A stretch of 64,000 bases of DNA. It comes from an uncultured Gammaproteobacteria bacterium. GTDB taxonomy: Bacteria; Patescibacteriota; Microgenomatia; Woykebacterales; RBG-16-39-9b. The position numbers and the translations under genes are program-made. The stretch is from positions 20,344 to 84,343 of the forward strand of contig CAZXPY010000003.1 in assembly GCA_964643435.1 (NCBI GenBank), read 5' to 3'. Below are positions 21,409 through 29,450 of this stretch, piece by piece (position 1 is the first letter of the stretch; each line of letters opens with the position of its first letter). Under the pieces are notes generated by a model that searched no databases, was not told the origin of the DNA, and worked only from the letters and a program-made list of their open reading frames with translations.

Positions 21409-22128
21409 TTACGGTAAGATATTTAAGGGATTAATTGCAGTTTCGTTTGAATAAATTTCAAGGTGTAGATGGGATCCGTTCGCCCAACCACTGTTTCCAA
21501 CCTCACCCAAATCTACCCCGCCGGCTATTTGGTCTCCTTCTTTGACATTAATTTTTGATAGATGAGCATAGCGGGATTTGAAACCTCCTTGATGGATCAC
21601 GATAACTGTTTTTCCAAAACCGGTTTCAAAACCAGCTTTTTCAATTGATCCGCTAGCCACACTTTTTATTTCGGTTCCGTAAGGATTAGGAATATCAATT
21701 CCCCGGTGGTAAAAACTAAACTTTTGCGAAACCGCACCTTTAAGTGGCCAAGAAAAAATAGGAGCTTGGGCTGCTTTAATCTGCGCAAAAGTCGGGGAAG
21801 CTGTATTACTAGATTCTTTTGGTAAATTAGCTAGGACACTAGTTTCAAGGGAAGCACTATTGGTTATTAAAAAAAGAATTACCAAACTTAAGGTTAAAGC
21901 CCTGCTTTTGGCTCTAATTTTTCGAAGAAGAGGAAATTTATTTACAGGCCTTAGGTTAAGAACACCGGTTAGAAGGTCTTTCCAATAGGAAAGATAATCC
22001 TTGGTGTTAAGGACCCGAAAATTTTGGTAAGAATAACTAAAAGGTGGAAATCTTTTAGTAATATTTGTTTCATCTCGCCGTGGCAGAGAGCGTCCCGCCT
22101 TCGGGCGGAATGTTCTCTTTTTTAGCAT
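21409..22128 (-). CDS. M23 family peptidase
   Basis: HRGID, YAHL, GSHLHLE motifs; TM segment; start uncertain. Confidence 0.9.
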   Translation of the reverse strand: MLKKRTFRPKAGRSLPRRDETNITKRFPPFSYSYQNFRVLNTKDYLSYWKDLLTGVLNLRPVNKFPLLRKIRAKSRALTLSLVILFLITNSASLETSVLANLPKESSNTASPTFAQIKAAQAPIFSWPLKGAVSQKFSFYHRGIDIPNPYGTEIKSVASGSIEKAGFETGFGKTVIVIHQGGFKSRYAHLSKINVKEGDQIAGGVDLGEVGNSGWANGSHLHLEIYSNETAINPLNILP

Positions 22129-22204
22129 AATTCCCCGCCAGCAACTGCGTAGCTGTGGGCGGGGAGGGAACAAAAAAGCCTCCCAATTTGGGAGACGAGA
22201 AGCA

Positions 22205-22233
22205 ATGGTAGCAGATTAAATAGCCCTTGTCAA
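22205..22233 (-). promoter_or_regulatory. Promoter of the M23 peptidase gene
   Basis: TTGACA-17-TGcTACCAT on the minus strand. Confidence 0.6.
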
Positions 22234-22285
22234 GTTTTTAAGAAGATTTGGCCTGCCGGCCGAATCCGGCTTTGCCGGAGAAGGC

Positions 22286-22306
22286 TGGAGGCGTCGAGCG
22301 GATTCG
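22286..22306 (-). repeat. Direct repeat of the tRNA-Cys 3' end (att-like scar)
   Basis: TGGAGGCGTCGAGCGGATTCG vs TGGAGGCGTGGAGCGGATTTG (22322-22342), 19/21 identical. Confidence 0.8.
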
Positions 22307-22321
22307 CCCCGCACTGAAATT

Positions 22322-22395
22322 TGGAGGCGTGGAGCGGATTTGAACCGCTGTGAACGGTTTTGCAGACCGTTGTCTAACCACTCGACCACCACGCC
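22322..22395 (-). tRNA. tRNA-Cys(GCA)
   Basis: GGCGTGG/CCACGCC acceptor stem, AACGG-TCTGCAAAA-CCGTT anticodon arm, GGTTCAAATCC T arm, U73 and encoded CCA; 74 nt. Confidence 0.97.
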
Positions 22396-22589
22396 GCGTC
22401 AAACAAGGCTGGGAAGGTTGACTTCCCGCCACTATTTAGCTTAAAACTATACCATAAGTAGCGGTGAATTTCTAGTTTTAACAACAAATAAAACCCGTAA
22501 AAACCCTAGCTAGGCAGAAGTTGCCTAGCGCAGGATTTGATAGTACCTAAATACTTGAGCAGCTGCGAACGGATTTAGTTGCGAAGAAT

Positions 22590-22628
22590 CCTATAATACT
22601 TGACTTTTCTTTTTATTTTTGGTATAAT
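22590..22628 (+). promoter_or_regulatory. Consensus sigma70 promoter with upstream CCTATAA motif
   Basis: TTGACT (22600)-17 nt-TGgTATAAT (22623-22628). Confidence 0.8.
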
Positions 22629-22634
22629 GGCTGG

Positions 22635-22962
22635 CATTATCAAATAGATAAGTTACGGGCAGTTAAAAGGCGCCATGTACCAGTCACTTCGTTCCGGTAC
22701 ATGGCAGCCGTGAACCTCCGTGGTTTAAGGCGCTTTGTAACTGGTCTTAAATGTATTTAACTGTCATTACTGAAAAGTCCTGAAGCGTACATCTTAAAGC
22801 CAGTTACCAGGTGCCTTTTCTGTATTACGAGCAATAGGTAGCCATTTTCCTAAGCAAATCTTTCTTCGATAAACTCAAGACAAGCGGGAGGTTTTCTTGG
22901 GAGAAAGAAACGACCCGTCGACGGTTTGATAGACTCACCGTTCAGGGTCGTTTTTCCAAGAA
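22635..22962 (+). ncRNA. Candidate structured ncRNA of unknown family
   Basis: Own promoter, no SD-led ORF seen, several long stems, 10-bp pseudoknot, terminal hairpin 22894-22962; next gene is convergent. Confidence 0.55.
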
Positions 22963-23002
22963 TAATGAAATAGCTTAAATATATTGATTTCTTGAGTTAG
23001 GG

Positions 23003-23707
23003 TTAGCCCATGTTGCCGTATCCGTCGCCATCTCTTTGCCATGATGTTGGGGATGGTTTTCCTAAAGGTTGGTGACCGATGAAAGGTCCGGTTAATGACT
23101 CTCTCATCAGAAGATTTCTGAGTTCTTGCTTGCTAATTCCTTTTGTATAATTTCTTCCACAAGAACTTTCATAATTAACTTTAGCCGCAAAATAAGGATT
23201 ATCCTCTTTGTCAAGGAGCAATGAAAGATCAAAGATTTCTGGATTGCAGTAATCATATTTTCTTCCCGGACTACTTCCCAGAGGAACCCAGATATATTTG
23301 TGTTCGCCGACCTGTCCTGCATTCATTTTTTGCATTCTGTCCCTTTGCCACCACCAAGCAGCTGTCCATCGTACAAAATAACTATATTTTGCTCTACCCA
23401 CCTCCCATCTTGCTAACATTCCATCCAGTGGTAACGGAAGACCATCAAATGTTTCAAAACTTAAACCATAATTTCCTCTACCCCAACTTTCTTCTCCTAA
23501 ATCACTAAGAAGTCTTTCGGCCATGGGTTTAGAAGGAAGTACATAAGTGTTTATTTCTCCTTGTCTCCTTTCCAAAGATTCTCTTTTTTCTTCTTCTATC
23601 CTTACCTCTCTTTCTCTTGCTTCCTGTTTAGCCAGCAACGTACTTTGTTGTGCTTCCTGCTCTGCCCTCGTTCTTGCAATTCTCAACTCATCTCTGAATG
23701 ACGGCAT
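23003..23707 (-). CDS. Hypothetical protein (N-terminal coiled coil)
   Basis: 234-aa ORF, AAGGAG before ATG, E/R/Q-rich helical N-terminus. Confidence 0.7.
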   Translation of the reverse strand: MPSFRDELRIARTRAEQEAQQSTLLAKQEAREREVRIEEEKRESLERRQGEINTYVLPSKPMAERLLSDLGEESWGRGNYGLSFETFDGLPLPLDGMLARWEVGRAKYSYFVRWTAAWWWQRDRMQKMNAGQVGEHKYIWVPLGSSPGRKYDYCNPEIFDLSLLLDKEDNPYFAAKVNYESSCGRNYTKGISKQELRNLLMRESLTGPFIGHQPLGKPSPTSWQRDGDGYGNMG

Positions 23708-23841
23708 TTCTCCTTACCACACCTTCTTTCGATCGGCCTATCTTTTTGTAAAACCCCCTGAATCTGGTGCCACAGATACCCTACGAGTAAGGTGCCAACA
23801 AAGGTGTATATGGGTGTGCTGATAGTGAGGTACCAGTCCAT
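23683..23841 (-). CDS. Putative 52-aa single-TM protein (not in ORF track)
   Basis: AAAGGAGG SD; MDWYLTISTPIYTFVGTLLVGYLWHQIQGVLQKDRPIERRCGKEKCRHSEMS; promoter TTGACT-17-TGtTAGGAT at 23867-23895. Confidence 0.65.
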   Translation of the reverse strand: MDWYLTISTPIYTFVGTLLVGYLWHQIQGVLQKDRPIERRCGKEKCRHSEMS

Positions 23842-23899
23842 ATAGACCTCCTTTCTTTCCAAAAATATCCTAACACTGATGAAATTTTAAGTCAAACAA

Positions 23900-25000
23900 T
23901 TAGATCTTTTTGGCGTATTGGGAGGAAATCCAGCCTTTACTGTCTTGGAATTTGATTTCAAACCAACCTTCTTTTTCTTCTAAAAATTCAAAGGTTTCGC
24001 CTGGTTTTACAATCCCTAAAATTGTTGCTTCGAAACTTGGTGTCTCTCTTACGTTTAAGGTTCCGGTTGGGGTTTCCCCAATCTCAATTTTATTCTTTGT
24101 TTGAGTGTTAATTAAAGATTGCCAGACCGCTAAGGCCTCGTCGCTAACTGGTTTTCCTTTTTCGCCAAGATAACCAATTCTTAATCCATCTTGGCTTATT
24201 TTTTTCTCATCAGGGTTTGTTTTAGTAGCACTACTAGTCGCGCCTTTCCAATCTAAAAGTAAATAAAGATTCTCTTTCTGGTTCTTTTGTTGTAAAAACC
24301 AGATACTTTCTGCCCAAGAAGTGGTATCAGAAATTAGTTTAGGCTCACTTGTACTTAGATCTAAGAGTTTAAATTTACCACTAGCTTCAATTTCTGCAAC
24401 GGAACTGAAAGGATCCAACATCAAACTCACATCAACATTTAATTTAAAGTTAGTCGGGACATTAACAACAATTTCTTTGGGGATAAACCCATCTTTACTA
24501 ATTTTTAATTTATGTTCGCCAACACTAATTTGAGAGTTATAAGGGGTTAATGATACAAGGTTGCCGTCTAAAGAAACCTCTGCTTGGGATGGATCACTAG
24601 AAACAATTATTCCACTACCTTTTTCTAAATAAAGAATAGTAGAGTTGCTAAAAGGTTCGGCCGGAGCAAATTGGTAATTCACTACTGTCTGGGTACCAGC
24701 CGTTAACTTTATTTTCCGGCTCCAACTTGATTTATAAACCTTTTTATTTTCTTTAGCCCCTTCAGAGGCAATTTTTATTTCTGAAGTTAATTTTAAGTCT
24801 ATTTCCCCTTCTCTTAAACCTTCATTAAGGTAAGGAGTGGTACCGACTATTTTTTCGTTGATAGTAACTATTGCCGCTGTTTCGCTACTATTAACCAATA
24901 AAGCCGCGGCTGGTTTAGAAAAAACCCACAGGAAATAAAAGAAACCCCCTCCTAAAATTAGCAAAATAAAAATGGCGGAAAAAAGAAAAATTCTTCTCAC
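23900..25000 (-). CDS. PEGA-domain / SH3-domain surface protein
   Basis: N-terminal TM, GTTP and V.LDG...TP PEGA repeats, LNVRETPS...GWF...GWIS bacterial SH3. Confidence 0.85.
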   Translation of the reverse strand: MRRIFLFSAIFILLILGGGFFYFLWVFSKPAAALLVNSSETAAIVTINEKIVGTTPYLNEGLREGEIDLKLTSEIKIASEGAKENKKVYKSSWSRKIKLTAGTQTVVNYQFAPAEPFSNSTILYLEKGSGIIVSSDPSQAEVSLDGNLVSLTPYNSQISVGEHKLKISKDGFIPKEIVVNVPTNFKLNVDVSLMLDPFSSVAEIEASGKFKLLDLSTSEPKLISDTTSWAESIWFLQQKNQKENLYLLLDWKGATSSATKTNPDEKKISQDGLRIGYLGEKGKPVSDEALAVWQSLINTQTKNKIEIGETPTGTLNVRETPSFEATILGIVKPGETFEFLEEKEGWFEIKFQDSKGWISSQYAKKI

Positions 25001-25095
25001 AAGTTTTGAAGTTTGGGCTTAAGTATAACATAAAGAAATTTACTTTAACAACCTTGTGTTGGATATTTCCTAATGTTAGGATAAACTAAAAGTAG

Positions 25096-25623
25096 ATGTT
25101 TAAGCTTTCTTGGCCAAAAATTATTGATGAAGCGGTTTTGCCTGTTTGTTTAGTGTTTGCTTCTAAAATAGCGGGAGTTTTACTGGCAGCTTATTTTTTC
25201 AACTTAAAGTACGATTCAAATCAGAGGGTTATTTTTCTAAAGTTTTCTGAGGCAGTAGCCACAAAAACAGCCAATTCATTTGCCCTTATTTTAATGCTAA
25301 TTGTAATTCTAGTCGGGTTTGGATTTGTACTTTTAAAAGCCTATTACTTTCACGAATCCCATATTCATCCTAAAAGCAGCGCAAAATTAGCTAAATTAAA
25401 GTTGGAAAACTTAATTGAAGGGAATTTTGAAATTTATCACCAAGCAATTAGTTGGCTTGGCTTGTTTTGGTTTGTATTTTTCTTAGGCCTTGTTCAATTT
25501 ATAAATGACGAGATTTATTGGTGGCTCCCGGCGGTTACTTTATTTTTAGCGCTTACTCTAACCAGCATCCTTTATTTAGATATCAAAAAAGAAAAACTAT
25601 TTACCCAAGACGTAAACTACTAA
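25096..25623 (+). CDS. Hypothetical 4-TM membrane protein
   Basis: Four hydrophobic segments; FHESHIHP loop. Confidence 0.75.
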   Translation: MFKLSWPKIIDEAVLPVCLVFASKIAGVLLAAYFFNLKYDSNQRVIFLKFSEAVATKTANSFALILMLIVILVGFGFVLLKAYYFHESHIHPKSSAKLAKLKLENLIEGNFEIYHQAISWLGLFWFVFFLGLVQFINDEIYWWLPAVTLFLALTLTSILYLDIKKEKLFTQDVNY

Positions 25624-26532
25624 AAAAACAGATATTATCCAAAGTATTACCGTAATAAATAGAGGAAAATCGTTAAGTAAGACTTTTTCTGGTGACTCGC
25701 CTTCCCTTTTTTCATAAATAAGATATAAATAACGAAATATTCCGTAGATAACTAGTGGTATAGTGATCATCAACCATTTTGGCGAAGCTAAAGTTGGCGG
25801 CAGGAACTTCAAGATTAATTTACGGGAAACAAACTCCGTCTCATTAAAAGTGAAAAGGCTGTAAGTTATTAAAGTAGCCACAGCACTCATAAAGGTGAAA
25901 CCATCTAAAAGGAAGCTTGGGTAAAAATTTAGTACTTTTCGGTGTTTTACTGCTTGCGTATGTCCTAATAAAGTGACCTCTAATCTTCTTTTTCCAATTG
26001 CTAAAAATAACGAAAGCATCATTGTCGTTAAAATTAACCAAGAAGATAGAGAAATTAAAACAACTATTGAACCCACAAAAATCCTAATCATAAAAGCGGA
26101 GGCAATTGTTATAAAGTCAAGAATAATAATGTTCTTCAAAAATAAGCTGTAAGAAAGTTCAACGACTAGAAAAATAAGTAAAACCGAGAATAAACTTAGT
26201 GAAATTTGATAACCCCACGTGAGCCCAATAATCGCTAGTATAATTGAAGATAAAAGCGCCTGTTTCTTGGACAGCTTCCCAGAAGGAATAGGCCGGTTTT
26301 TTTTAAAAGGGTGAAATTTATCTTGTTTCTCATCTAGAATGTCGTTAATAAGATAAACACTAGAGGTTAAAAAACAGAGTATCCAAAAAGAATAGAAAAC
26401 AGGATAAAATTTATTAGCATTGAAAAAATCACCACTAAAGATAATCGCCGCAAAGGCGCTTAAGTTTTTGATCCACTGCCTAGGTCGGGCAGATTTCAGC
26501 ACCATTAAAAAGAATTCAATTTGTTTTTGCAT
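25597..26532 (-). CDS. UbiA-family polyprenyl-phosphate phosphoribosyltransferase
   Basis: RPRQWIKN, YLINDILD, HPFKKNRPI, KRR.E. Confidence 0.9.
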   Translation of the reverse strand: MQKQIEFFLMVLKSARPRQWIKNLSAFAAIIFSGDFFNANKFYPVFYSFWILCFLTSSVYLINDILDEKQDKFHPFKKNRPIPSGKLSKKQALLSSIILAIIGLTWGYQISLSLFSVLLIFLVVELSYSLFLKNIIILDFITIASAFMIRIFVGSIVVLISLSSWLILTTMMLSLFLAIGKRRLEVTLLGHTQAVKHRKVLNFYPSFLLDGFTFMSAVATLITYSLFTFNETEFVSRKLILKFLPPTLASPKWLMITIPLVIYGIFRYLYLIYEKREGESPEKVLLNDFPLFITVILWIISVFLVVYVLGK

Positions 26533-27616
26533 TAATTTTTACCTTTCTCAGTATGAAAGCAGTCGTTATAAGGACAGCGAGTGTAATTACGCCAATTGTC
26601 GCAATTGCAAAAAACTTTTCCCGACTGTCTAGTTGAAGAGCAATTAAACCAAAAAGGACGCAGATTGTCCAGTAAAAAAACGCAATTCTTCTTTTACTCC
26701 AGCCAAGATCAATTAAACGGTGATGGAAATGGAATTTATCTCCCAAAAATGGAGATTTAAAAGCAAACAATCTTCTCACCATTGCCCAAATTGAATCTAT
26801 TAAAGGGATAGCTAAAACCAAAATTGCCGTTGCTAATTTACCACCAGCTAAAATAGAGATAACCGCAAGAAGAAAGCCAGCTAAAGTCGCACCTCCGTAG
26901 CCGGGCATTATTTTTTGGGGGTAAAAACTCCATGGTAAAAAACCAAAATAAGCGCCGGCAGTTACGAAAGATAAAATTGCAACGGGAGTTTGAGTAGAAT
27001 CAACCCGGAGATATTTTAAAGCAACGATCCCCAAAAACGCTGCTCCTATGGCCGCAACGCCAGAAAGTTGGCCGTCAACCCCACTAGACCAATTAAGAGA
27101 GTTCATAATCCAAACGATCCAAATAAGAGCCAGTACGTCTGCAAGTACAATAATCGAGTGGACTCCACTAAAAAACGATAAAAGTCCTTGGTCAGAAATT
27201 GTAAAATTTATAATAAATTGGTCGAATCGTATCTGCCCATCAAAAGGATTTGTGATCCAGGTAATTCCCACGCCGGCTCCAACAACAATCGCAGCGCAAA
27301 TTAGATTACCACCAAAACGAACGTACGGATTTAAATCAAATTTATCATCCAATAAACCAATAAAAACAACCAGGGAAGAGGCAAACAAAATCGCCATAAT
27401 GTGCTTATCTATTGGGGCAAAAAGGAAGTAAGAAACAAGAAGTGATATTAGAATTGGTAACCCGCCTGATCTTGGAGTAGGTTTTGAATGTAGGATAGCG
27501 GGATGAGATCTGGTTGGGTAATCAAGAATTTTCCATCGCTTCGCAAGATAGATTACGGCTGGTGTAGAAAAAAACGAAATCACAAACGCAAACGCAGCTG
27601 CTAAATAAAGATTCAT
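26516..27616 (-). CDS. MraY/WecA-like polyprenyl-phosphate sugar-1-phosphate transferase (GT4)
   Basis: PTPRSGG, GLLDD, N...GVDG, HFHHRL. Confidence 0.9.
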   Translation of the reverse strand: MNLYLAAAFAFVISFFSTPAVIYLAKRWKILDYPTRSHPAILHSKPTPRSGGLPILISLLVSYFLFAPIDKHIMAILFASSLVVFIGLLDDKFDLNPYVRFGGNLICAAIVVGAGVGITWITNPFDGQIRFDQFIINFTISDQGLLSFFSGVHSIIVLADVLALIWIVWIMNSLNWSSGVDGQLSGVAAIGAAFLGIVALKYLRVDSTQTPVAILSFVTAGAYFGFLPWSFYPQKIMPGYGGATLAGFLLAVISILAGGKLATAILVLAIPLIDSIWAMVRRLFAFKSPFLGDKFHFHHRLIDLGWSKRRIAFFYWTICVLFGLIALQLDSREKFFAIATIGVITLAVLITTAFILRKVKINAKTN

Positions 27617-27984
27617 GGGGAAAAAATTAATAAAATTCTCATTAAACTAAGAAAATTACTAAAAGTGAAAAACAAAGTTGACCAAGTTAAAATATCGGCT
27701 AGGATACTACCCCTTTCCTTGGTGGCGGTACTAGAAAATTTTTTAGCTAAAAATAAATTTAAGATAATTATCAAAAAAGATGAAGCTGGTAATAACCACA
27801 ATAAAAAATTAGGTGTCAATCTTTCTGGCCCCCATTCTTTTGAATACCAAAGAGGAATCTTAGCCGGTAAGGTTCTTTTCAAAAACAAAAATAAAATCGA
27901 GATAGCTATAAAGGTAGTGTTTAAAGCTAGTATGAATTTATACCCCCTTATTATTTGCAAGTTGGTAAATCCAAACATTTTCAA
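27613..27984 (-). CDS. Small membrane protein (DUF1648-like)
   Basis: LPAKIPLWYS..WG motif, three TMs. Confidence 0.7.
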   Translation of the reverse strand: MKMFGFTNLQIIRGYKFILALNTTFIAISILFLFLKRTLPAKIPLWYSKEWGPERLTPNFLLWLLPASSFLIIILNLFLAKKFSSTATKERGSILADILTWSTLFFTFSNFLSLMRILLIFSP

Positions 27985-29383
27985 TTACTCCCGAGAAAGT
28001 ATAGTTTTTTTCTAAAAGATTGTCGAGTTCTCCAAAGTTATTTTCCGATGGTACCTCGGCAAAAATAAATTTAGGCCTTTTTTCAACAAGGGCAGTTACG
28101 ACCTCTTCTTTAGCCCCTTGGTAATTATAAATATGGTAAGCTACCGTAAATCTTGTAGGTGGTATACGAGCGGAGAGGAAATAAACCTGCGGGTCATTTG
28201 ACCAAAGAAAGATATAATCTTCTTTTTTAGTATTCCGTTCGATAAAAGAAGCTAGTGAGTAATTACGGTTTACTTTATTATCAAAACTCGCGTTATAAGC
28301 AGTTTGATTTTTAGTTGTTAAATAACTAAAGAAATTTTTATAGTAACTGAGTTTAATTTCTTCGATCCGAAAACCCACCATAAAAATTCCTCCAATCAAT
28401 AAAGCTAAAACCGCCAAAGCAGCTAGGCGAAGTTTCTTCTCAAATATAAGAGCAGCCACAATGGAGAGTGGTGGTAAGATCTGAATCAAATAATGAGCGT
28501 AGTTTCGGCCCCCGAAAGAAGATCCGTAAAGAGCAAAAGCCAACCAAACCACTAATAAATCAAAATTTGTTAATTTTTTACCCCTCATTTTTTTAAATAA
28601 AAGATATAAAGAAGTAATGATCGGGAGAACCCCCTTTATTATTAAAAGGCCGTTTGGAATAAGGAAGTAATTGCCGTAATTAGTATAACCAATGTTACTT
28701 GAGAAAATAGCAAAGTAGAAATCAGCAAAATTACCCCTCAAGAAGAAATAAAAAGCGGTTAAAAAAAGCGGTGTGAGGAATCCCAGGAATAAAAAGAACA
28801 AATTTTTAACATTAGAAAGTAGGTATTTAGCTCCTAGAAATAAGAAGATACTAAAGGCTAAAAAATCAAATAAAGAGGGAATTTTAAAAAGAAGAGCAAA
28901 AGCAAAAAATAAGCCTCCTAGGAAATAACGGTTATTCAAAGCTAGTAGTGCTCCCAAGATAGTTGGAAGGATCATAAAAATCTCACCGTTAGCAATATTG
29001 CCTTCTAAGAACGGAATAGTGGTAAGGAAGGCAAAAACCAAAACCGCCACCGCCGCAATTTTTTGGTTGAATAGTTTTTTGGTTAATAGAAAAAGAGCAA
29101 TTTCGGTTGCTAAAACCCAAAAAGATAGAATAATTCTAAGAGACCAAATGCTATGCCCTAGAACCTTAATCGCTACTAGAGAAAGTAAGTAAATCCCTGG
29201 CGTTTTGTTGTCAAAAATTCCTTTATATAAATCTAACCCTCTACTTAAACCTTCAGCAACGGTCATATAAACCCCTTCGTCGCCGTACCAAAAAGGTTCA
29301 AAAAGAGAAGGGATCCTAGCTACAAAGGTTAAAAAAAGAACAATAATCAAAAAAATAATATTTTGGTTGTTTCGCAAAATCAC
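27938..29383 (-). CDS. GT-C fold (ArnT/PMT-like) membrane glycosyltransferase
   Basis: GDEGVY, DNKTPG, many TMs, HY.IQ..P. Confidence 0.8.
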   Translation of the reverse strand: MILRNNQNIIFLIIVLFLTFVARIPSLFEPFWYGDEGVYMTVAEGLSRGLDLYKGIFDNKTPGIYLLSLVAIKVLGHSIWSLRIILSFWVLATEIALFLLTKKLFNQKIAAVAVLVFAFLTTIPFLEGNIANGEIFMILPTILGALLALNNRYFLGGLFFAFALLFKIPSLFDFLAFSIFLFLGAKYLLSNVKNLFFLFLGFLTPLFLTAFYFFLRGNFADFYFAIFSSNIGYTNYGNYFLIPNGLLIIKGVLPIITSLYLLFKKMRGKKLTNFDLLVVWLAFALYGSSFGGRNYAHYLIQILPPLSIVAALIFEKKLRLAALAVLALLIGGIFMVGFRIEEIKLSYYKNFFSYLTTKNQTAYNASFDNKVNRNYSLASFIERNTKKEDYIFLWSNDPQVYFLSARIPPTRFTVAYHIYNYQGAKEEVVTALVEKRPKFIFAEVPSENNFGELDNLLEKNYTFSGVIENVWIYQLANNKGV

Positions 29384-29450
29384 TAGTTTAATTTTTTATT
29401 ATTTTTTCGGTAACTTTTAGTCCATGCAATGGTCGTAAAGTTACAGCACC

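Noticed and set aside
22238-22432. 64-aa minus-strand ORF
   Set aside because: It is the tRNA-Cys gene and its duplicated 3' end read as codons
22768-22790. Hammerhead core (CTGAAAAGTCC)
   Set aside because: Deviates from CUGANGA and lacks a stem II followed by GAAA
22635-23841. Type I toxin-antitoxin pairing between the ncRNA and the 52-aa gene
   Set aside because: Transcripts do not overlap at the small ORF and I found only ~7 nt of complementarity
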